Source of the DNA: Ktedonobacterales bacterium
GTDB lineage: Bacteria > Chloroflexota > Ktedonobacteria > Ktedonobacterales > JADMIN01
Length of the DNA stretch: 32,000 bases
Assembly: GCA_030167145.1 (NCBI GenBank)
Contig: CP126532.1
Location: 2,610,001 to 2,642,000, forward strand
Reading direction: 5' to 3'
Every line of letters begins with the position of its first letter. The first letter of the stretch is position 1. A program made the position numbers and the translations under genes. This document shows positions 23,996 through 30,063 of this stretch, piece after piece. The notes beneath the pieces are model-generated. The model saw only the letters and a program-made list of their open reading frames with translations. It had not been told where the DNA came from and did no database searches.

Positions 23996-24982
23996 TTAGG
24001 CGCTGCGGCTCATGCGCTGGGCCGCGCGGCGCGCGCTCCAGCCCGCGAGCAGGTTTCCACGCACTTCCGTCACCTCAAGCTCTGAGGTTGCGCCGCCGCC
24101 GTAGCGCATGCGGTGCGACACGAACGCCACGTACTCGCGCGCGTGCCAGTACGTCCCCAGCGGGAGGGTCTCGCGCCGTAGCAGCGCGGCGCGCAGGTCG
24201 TCTGCGGTACGCCCGGCGAAGGCCGTTCGCGCGCAACCGACCGCCGTTGGCGTATGCGCATCGCTGCCACCGGTCTCGGCCCAGTGATAGACGTTGCGCG
24301 CCAGGGTCATAGCGATCCGCGACGAGCCGATGCCAGCAAAGCTGCCATTCAACGTTTCGATGCCATCGGGGTGAACTTCGGGCTGGCGCAACAGCCGGTT
24401 CATCACCGAGCGCTGGACGCTATGCCGGAATACCCGATTGAACGGATGCGCGACAATCGCCAGGCCGCCCTGGGCGTGTACCTGCTCGATGCTGCGCTCG
24501 ATACTTTGATCTGGCGCGACAGGGGTTTGCAGGAATAGCGCCAGCAGATGCCCCTCGCGCGTGCTGATTTCCTCGCCGACGATCACCTCGAAGCGATAGC
24601 CGCGTTGCGCCGCCAGGTCGCGCGCGCGCAGCGCGCCCTCGATGGTATCGTGATCGGTGATCGCCAGTACGTCCAGGCGGGTGAAGCGCTGGGCGAAGTC
24701 GAGCACCTCTTCAACTGAGCCAGTGCCGTCGCTGTAGTTGGTGTGCATATGCACATCGGCCAGCCCGCGATGGCCCCTGGCTGTGCTAGCGGGCAGATGT
24801 TCTGCCAAAAGCGTTGATTCCGGCTCATCAGCCGGGCTATGAGAATGACGTTCAGCCGCTCGATCAAACTTCCACATGCGAATGATGTGCCTCGCTCTCA
24901 GGGTTCGCGTAGTAATTAAGGAATGTGCTTCCAGGTAGAGGCCCTTTGCAATGACCTGATGCCGTATCGCGTTCTCTGGCAT
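23996..24982 (-). CDS. PHP-domain metal-dependent phosphoesterase
   Basis: LADVHMHTNYSDGTGSVEEVLDFA...LAITDHDTIEG...GEEIST..GHLLALF...IVAHPF...GGSDAHT are the PHP (TrpH/YciV-like) His/Asp metal-ligand motifs. The start is ATG 24982 or ATG 24877. Confidence 0.8.
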   Translation of the reverse strand: MPENAIRHQVIAKGLYLEAHSLITTRTLRARHIIRMWKFDRAAERHSHSPADEPESTLLAEHLPASTARGHRGLADVHMHTNYSDGTGSVEEVLDFAQRFTRLDVLAITDHDTIEGALRARDLAAQRGYRFEVIVGEEISTREGHLLALFLQTPVAPDQSIERSIEQVHAQGGLAIVAHPFNRVFRHSVQRSVMNRLLRQPEVHPDGIETLNGSFAGIGSSRIAMTLARNVYHWAETGGSDAHTPTAVGCARTAFAGRTADDLRAALLRRETLPLGTYWHAREYVAFVSHRMRYGGGATSELEVTEVRGNLLAGWSARRAAQRMSRSA

Positions 24983-25091
24983 TGTATGCCGCTGGCGGAT
25001 GCATGTCCACTACAGGGGACCGTATCGCACATCCCTTTCAATCAGGCAAAGCAGCCGTTAACAGCCGGTTAAACTTTGACCTCTATCTCTT

Positions 25092-26111
25092 CTACGCCTC
25101 ACCTGCCTTTCGCGTTATGTCACTGGCAGAAGTGTCGCGCTGGTCGCTCAGTTCCCAGATTGGCGCGAGGGCTGCCACCCATTGTTCGGGGTGCGCCGCG
25201 ACCACTTCTTCCAGCCGTGTGAGGAAGATGCGCAGCGCGCGCTCGACGCGTTCAGCGGTGCGGGTGCGCTCCAGTTTCGTCGCGGTCAGTGGTCCGGCGC
25301 TGGCTGTGGCCGTCGCTGGCGCTTCCGCCGCGTTGCCTGCGGGCGCTGTGTCGGTTCCCGTCTCTAGCTCGCTGAGGTCCAGCGGAATGAAGACGCCGTG
25401 TTGTGTCTTTGGTCCGGTGCGCCACGAGTATGCCGTGAAGACGGGCGCGCCGCCGCGCAGCGCCAGGGCAATCGGCCCGGTGGGCAGCTTGGCTGGCTCT
25501 CCGAAGAACGGTGTTTCGATGCTTGCGCCCAGCACGTAGCGATCGGCTACGAACATCACCACTTCGTTGCGCTTGAGCGCGTCCAGCAGTTCGCGCAGGG
25601 AATCGCGGCTATCGGCGGGCACGATCTTCAGGCCGTGATGCTCGCGGATCTGGCAGAATAGCTCGAAGACGCGCTCCGGCTTCATGCGCTCGGCGGGGGT
25701 GATGAGCTTGTGGCCGATGGCCCCCAGCCGCGAGGCGGCGAACTCGAAGTTGCCGAAGTGGCCGGAGAGCAGAATCATGCCTTTGCCCTGCGCCATTGCC
25801 GCGTCGAAGGCATCCTGGTTCTCGATGGTCCAGCCCGCGCGCAGTTCGGCGTCGGAGAGATGCGCGCCGCGAAAGAAATCGAGGTAGTTCAGCGCCATCG
25901 TCTGAAAGACGCCGCGTGCGGCATAGTGCAGGCGGCGAGGATCGTTGGCGAGCGCGGGAATGTGACGCAGATTGCGCTCTACCCGCTCGCGCGTACCGGG
26001 GGCCAGCGCCCAGATGAGCATGCCGAGCGCGCTGGCCAGTGGCCGCGCGATTCCCATCGGCGCCAGCGGAATGATCGCGGCAGCGATACGGAACGCCCAG
26101 TATTTGGCCAT
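25092..26111 (-). CDS. LpxL/HtrB-family lipid acyltransferase, PatA-like (copy 1)
   Basis: ATG 26111 with SD AAAGGGGG. The motif LLSGHFGNFE fits H-x4-E/D of the lipid A biosynthesis acyltransferase family that includes the mycobacterial PIM acyltransferase PatA. Later FFGEPAKLPTGPIALALRGGAPV. Confidence 0.8.
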   Translation of the reverse strand: MAKYWAFRIAAAIIPLAPMGIARPLASALGMLIWALAPGTRERVERNLRHIPALANDPRRLHYAARGVFQTMALNYLDFFRGAHLSDAELRAGWTIENQDAFDAAMAQGKGMILLSGHFGNFEFAASRLGAIGHKLITPAERMKPERVFELFCQIREHHGLKIVPADSRDSLRELLDALKRNEVVMFVADRYVLGASIETPFFGEPAKLPTGPIALALRGGAPVFTAYSWRTGPKTQHGVFIPLDLSELETGTDTAPAGNAAEAPATATASAGPLTATKLERTRTAERVERALRIFLTRLEEVVAAHPEQWVAALAPIWELSDQRDTSASDITRKAGEA

Positions 26112-26167
26112 CGGCTGCGCCCCCTTTCGTGCGTGCTGCGGTTACTGCCTGCGGTTACTGCCTGCAG

Positions 26168-27130
26168 CTACGGCGCTGGCGCTTCGGCTCGCGCCGTCAC
26201 GGTTTCGCCGTGTGGTGTAGGCGCGCTGGCGTCGCTCTCCGCGCTGCGCGGTGGCTCCGGCCAGAACGCGCGGAACATCGCCCACTGGTCGGGCCGCTCG
26301 CGAATCTGCGCCTCCAAAGCGGTGAACATGCGCTGCGTGAGCGCGGTGGTATCGGCGCGTTTATCGCCAGTGACTTCGGGGTAGATGATCGGCCCCGCGC
26401 CCAGATAATAGGTAGACGAATACTGCTCATCATAGATGCAGTAGCCCGGCAGGATGGCTGCGCCAGACTTGAGCGCGATCTGTGCGATGCCGCCTGGCAC
26501 CCAGCACTCGCGGCCAAAGAAGGTGATCGGCACGCCCTCGCCCACGGGCAGTGGACGGTCTACGGCGACGGCGACGACGCCGTTTTGCTGCAAGACGCGC
26601 AGAATCTGGCGTGGGGTTTTCTCGATGTGCAGGATCTCCAGGCCCAGGTCGCGTCGTTGCTCTTGCCACATCGCATCCATACGCGGATCGTCGAGGGATT
26701 CGACGATCACGTGCGTGGGACAATGGCTGGCGACGGCAACCGCGGCGATATCAAAGGCGCCGAAGTGAGTCGAGACGACGATCAGCCCTTTGCCCTTGGC
26801 GCGCGCCTCGTCTATCCGCGCGAAGGCGCTCGGTGGTGGCGTGATATCGCGGATGCGCGCGAGCAGCTCGTCGCGAGTGGAGTTGGGCATGTAGACGAAA
26901 TCGGAGATGTAGCGCCCGAAGTTGCGCCACGAGATACGCGCCAGTTGCCGCGCTTTGGGGTCGCGGGGCGTGGTGCCGAGGATCTGCGCCATGTTGGCGA
27001 TGGTCACCCGGCGTTTGGAGACCCAGCCATAGTAGATCAGCACGGTGACTGACCCGGCCAGCGCCAGGCGCAGTGGTCGCGGTGTCTTGCCCGCAAGCCA
27101 ACTCGCGAAACGAATCAAATAATAGACCAT
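26168..27130 (-). CDS. LpxL/HtrB-family lipid acyltransferase, PatA-like (copy 2)
   Basis: VVSTHFGAFD fits H-x4-D. FFGRECWVPGGIAQIALKSGAAILP parallels copy 1. Same architecture and length as the adjacent paralogue. Confidence 0.8.
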   Translation of the reverse strand: MVYYLIRFASWLAGKTPRPLRLALAGSVTVLIYYGWVSKRRVTIANMAQILGTTPRDPKARQLARISWRNFGRYISDFVYMPNSTRDELLARIRDITPPPSAFARIDEARAKGKGLIVVSTHFGAFDIAAVAVASHCPTHVIVESLDDPRMDAMWQEQRRDLGLEILHIEKTPRQILRVLQQNGVVAVAVDRPLPVGEGVPITFFGRECWVPGGIAQIALKSGAAILPGYCIYDEQYSSTYYLGAGPIIYPEVTGDKRADTTALTQRMFTALEAQIRERPDQWAMFRAFWPEPPRSAESDASAPTPHGETVTARAEAPAP

Positions 27131-27232
27131 CCGGCGTTTCCCATCCAGCCAAGGTAGCCAATGTCCCCTCCCGTTTGGATACGAGTGATCCGCGCGGGAA
27201 GGGATGATTGGTGTCAGCGTGACGCCGTTGCG

Positions 27233-28405
27233 TTACGCCTTGGGCAGATCGGCGACACTCGCGGGTTCAGCGTAGGTGTGGCCGTTGGCCTTGGCGGCCC
27301 TTTCGTCCTTCGCGCCCTGGCCGCTGTGGCCGAACTCGCGGATGAAGTCTTCGGTCATCAGGCGGGCCTGCTCATCAGTGTACTGGATCGCCGGTGACTT
27401 CATGAAGTACGCCGACGGCCCCAGCAGCGCGCCGCCGATGCCTGCGTCCTTCGCCAGCTTGGCGCAGCGCAGCGCGTCAATCACCACGCCGGCGGAGTTG
27501 GGCGAATCCCAGACTTCGAGCTTCAGTTCGAGGTTCAGCGGCACATCGCCGAAGGTGCGGCCTTCCAGGCGGATGAAGGCGAACTTGCGGTCGGTGAGCC
27601 AGGGCACATAGTCGCTCGGCCCGACATGCACGTTCTCTTTGCCCAGGTCATAGTCGAGCTGGCTGGTGACGGCGTTGGTCTTCGAGATCTTCTTGGATTC
27701 GAGCCGCTCGCGCTCCAGCATGTTCATGAAGTCGGTGTTGCCGCCGACATTGAGCTGATACGTGCGCTCCAGCTTGACGCCGCGCTCGCGGAAGAGGCGG
27801 GCGAGACTGCGATGGACGATGGTCGCGCCGACCTGGCTCTTGATGTCGTCGCCGACAATCGGCAGGTTCGCTTCTTCGAAGCGCTTGCGCCAGAAATCCT
27901 CGCGGCCAATGAACACCGGAATGCAGTTGACGAAGCCGCAGCCAGCCTGAAGCACCTGCTCGACATACCACTTGGTGGCCGTCTCGCTGCCCACGGGCAG
28001 GTAGTTGATGACCACATCGGTGCCGGTGTCTTTGAGCACATGGACGATATCCGCCGTCGCGCCGGGGGCTTTGGTGATGACCTGCGACAGATACTTGCCG
28101 ATGCCGTCGTGGGTCATGCCACGCACCACCGGCACGTGGGCCTTGGGCACATCCGTGAACTTGTAGGTGTTGTTCTGCCCGGAGAAGATCGCCTCGCTCA
28201 GGTCTTTGCCGACCTTATCGGCGTCTACGTCAATGGCTGCGGAGAACTCGATGTCGTTGATGTGGTAGCCACCCAGGTTGATGTGCATCAGCCCCGGAAT
28301 CATATCGGTTTCGGCGGCGTTCTTGTAGTATTCCACACCCTGCACCAGCGACGAGGCGCAGTTGCCCACGCCGACGATGGCGACCCGCACTTTGTTCTTA
28401 CCCAA
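27233..28405 (-). CDS. ino1: myo-Inositol-1-phosphate synthase
   Basis: [26 protein letters not shown]...PGLMH...GIGKY... closely matches bacterial/archaeal MIPS (mycobacterial Ino1 has [22 protein letters not shown]). TTG start at 28405 with SD AGGAGGG 9 nt upstream. Confidence 0.92.
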   Translation of the reverse strand: MGKNKVRVAIVGVGNCASSLVQGVEYYKNAAETDMIPGLMHINLGGYHINDIEFSAAIDVDADKVGKDLSEAIFSGQNNTYKFTDVPKAHVPVVRGMTHDGIGKYLSQVITKAPGATADIVHVLKDTGTDVVINYLPVGSETATKWYVEQVLQAGCGFVNCIPVFIGREDFWRKRFEEANLPIVGDDIKSQVGATIVHRSLARLFRERGVKLERTYQLNVGGNTDFMNMLERERLESKKISKTNAVTSQLDYDLGKENVHVGPSDYVPWLTDRKFAFIRLEGRTFGDVPLNLELKLEVWDSPNSAGVVIDALRCAKLAKDAGIGGALLGPSAYFMKSPAIQYTDEQARLMTEDFIREFGHSGQGAKDERAAKANGHTYAEPASVADLPKA

Positions 28406-28565
28406 TGTGTCGTACCCTCCTGGTTGTCTTCTGGTTGTCTCGATGGCCTCGGATTTTGTGAGATGGCGTTCCGCGACTCACCGGTCGCGATAGGGAGCTT
28501 TCGCCGGACGCTGGGCGATGACGGCCAGCGGTTGCGGCAAGCTCCGTACCGATTCAGCGCCCGCG

Positions 28566-28952
28566 CTACTGCCGTGCCGGCGAGAGATCGGGCTGCCCCG
28601 CCGGTGAAATCACCGGCGCCGCGCGCAAAGCCGCCGGCTGTACAAGGTCGCCCAACATCTGTAGGCAGAGGGCATAGCGCTCGCGGTCGAGCGAACAGTA
28701 GACCTGTCGCCCGGTGCGCCGCACCTGCACCAGCCCGGCCCGCCGCAGCGTGGCCAGATGCCACGACACGAGCGGCTGGCTGACATATCTGCCGTTGATG
28801 ATGAGCATCTGCGCCAGATCGGTGACGTTCATCTCGGTATTACCGGCCAGCACGGACACAATGTGCAGGCGCACCACATCGCCGAGCGCGCGCAGCACGT
28901 GTTTCAGTTCAAGAAACTCGTCCGCGCCGCTGCCGTGGATGCTCTCGTTCAT
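28566..28952 (-). CDS. ArsR/SmtB-family transcriptional regulator
   Basis: LRALGDVVRLHIVSVLAGNTEMNVTDLAQMLIINGRYVSQPLVSWHLATLRRAGLVQVRRTGRQVYCSL is the winged-helix ArsR pattern (..R..IL..L....e.cV.dL........S.HL..Lr.aGLv..rreGr..yY.l). Confidence 0.8.
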   Translation of the reverse strand: MNESIHGSGADEFLELKHVLRALGDVVRLHIVSVLAGNTEMNVTDLAQMLIINGRYVSQPLVSWHLATLRRAGLVQVRRTGRQVYCSLDRERYALCLQMLGDLVQPAALRAAPVISPAGQPDLSPARQ

Positions 28953-29019
28953 GCGTCCTCGCTTTCGGCTCGCGCACGCCGTTATGCGCCAGCCATCTAG
29001 GTGGTCACATATGTAGCGC

Positions 29020-29060
29020 CGCTATATAAATGGGCGCTTATAAATGTCCGCTTATGTATG
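29020..29060 (-). promoter_or_regulatory. Three direct 12-13-nt repeats in the AT-rich region upstream of the ArsR-family gene (possible operator/promoter)
   Basis: CGCTATATAAATG (29020-29032), CGCTTATAAATG (29035-29046) and CGCTTATGTATG (29049-29060) sit at 14-15-bp spacing, 70-110 bp upstream of ATG 28952. The function is inferred from position only. Confidence 0.3.
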
Positions 29061-29280
29061 TACCGAAAAACGAGGGGAATGTCAAGGGCAAAATGCGCGG
29101 CTCACAAAATTGTGTGGTGTTGCGCGCGGTGGCGGGTTGGGTGTGATAGCAAGTTCCCAGCATGAATGCCGGGGATAATCCCGTATGCGAATATGCTATG
29201 CTGAGGCGAAGCCAAGCAATGTTTACACTCGGCAGGCGTGTACGACAACGCGCATTTCACCTTTGTAATGACCTTCGCGA

Positions 29281-29730
29281 TCAAGGGGTGATCAGATCCC
29301 CTAGCACGACTACGGTGAGGCCAGGGACACGGCGAAATATTGGGTCATTGGTGACAAGGAGGGCACAGCCTTCGACCAGCGCGGTTGCGGCATGAATGGC
29401 GTCGGGTGTTTTGAGCGCGGTGGTCGCACGTAACTGCGCCGCCTGTTCGAGCACGGCCTCTGATATCGGACTGAGCTTCACGTCAGAGGCGCCTTGGAGG
29501 AGCGTCCGATAATCTGCTTCGAGTTGGGTATCTCCACTCTTGAGCGGCCCGACGAGTGTTTCCAGTAGCGAGAGGCCACTCGTCACGATACGATGTGTGT
29601 TGTTCTTCGCGCTCTGCCAAATGGGAAGAAGCAGATCATGGTAGGGCGGGATGTGCTCTACGCTATAGATGATGCTGTTCGTATCGAGGTAGATGGCACT
29701 GGCGAGCGCGGGCAGTGTCAGCGATCCCAC
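29281..29730 (-). CDS. vapC: VapC-type PIN-domain toxin
   Basis: PIN acidic residues lie in IYLDTNSIIY, LLETLVG, TPDAIHAATAL and LVTNDPIF. No ATG. GTG 29730 has SD GAGGAG 8 nt upstream and overlaps the antitoxin stop by 13 nt. Confidence 0.8.
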   Translation of the reverse strand: MGSLTLPALASAIYLDTNSIIYSVEHIPPYHDLLLPIWQSAKNNTHRIVTSGLSLLETLVGPLKSGDTQLEADYRTLLQGASDVKLSPISEAVLEQAAQLRATTALKTPDAIHAATALVEGCALLVTNDPIFRRVPGLTVVVLGDLITP

Positions 29731-29957
29731 GAATCGCGCTCCTCGCGGATGTAGGCGTCCACTTCCTCGGCGGTTTTGAAGAGCCGCTGGCCAGGCATGT
29801 TGGCGAGCAGGTCCAGCGCATGGGGCTTGTGGGCTGGCGCGGCCTCTTGCGTTTCGATGGTGACGGTCACTCGCTGCCCTGGCGTCAGATCGGGCACATT
29901 GACTGCGATGGTGCCATCTGGCTGGACGATGGCGTTGGCATGAATGATGGTTGCCAT
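29718..29957 (-). CDS. VapB-like antitoxin (AbrB/SpoVT-like N-terminus)
   Basis: Track ORF trimmed to ATG 29957 (SD GGAAGGAGAAAAG upstream), 79 aa. MATIIHANAIVQPDGTIAVNVPDLTPGQRVTVTIE is a swapped-hairpin-like N-terminus. The tail is TAEEVDAYIREERDSWDR. Overlaps vapC. Confidence 0.7.
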   Translation of the reverse strand: MATIIHANAIVQPDGTIAVNVPDLTPGQRVTVTIETQEAAPAHKPHALDLLANMPGQRLFKTAEEVDAYIREERDSWDR

Positions 29958-29996
29958 GCGCTTTTCTCCTTCCTGTGTGACCGATTCTCGCTGAAC

Positions 29997-30059
29997 GCAT
30001 GTGCGCCCGCCGCTGATCTCATGCCGTAGCGTATCACATGGCGGCGCGGGGGCAGACGC
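29997..30059 (-). repeat. Copy B of the ~60-bp intergenic element shared with 2433-2493
   Basis: See copy A. Lies between the STAND gene stop (30064) and the VapB-like start (29957), 40-102 bp upstream of the latter. Confidence 0.85.
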
Positions 30060-30063
30060 CCGA

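Noticed and set aside
29102-29395. Track ORFs 29102..29284 (minus) and 29162..29395 (plus) in the AT-rich spacer.
   Set aside because: There is no SD and no recognisable motif. One overlaps the well-supported vapC 3' end. The region is more plausibly regulatory.
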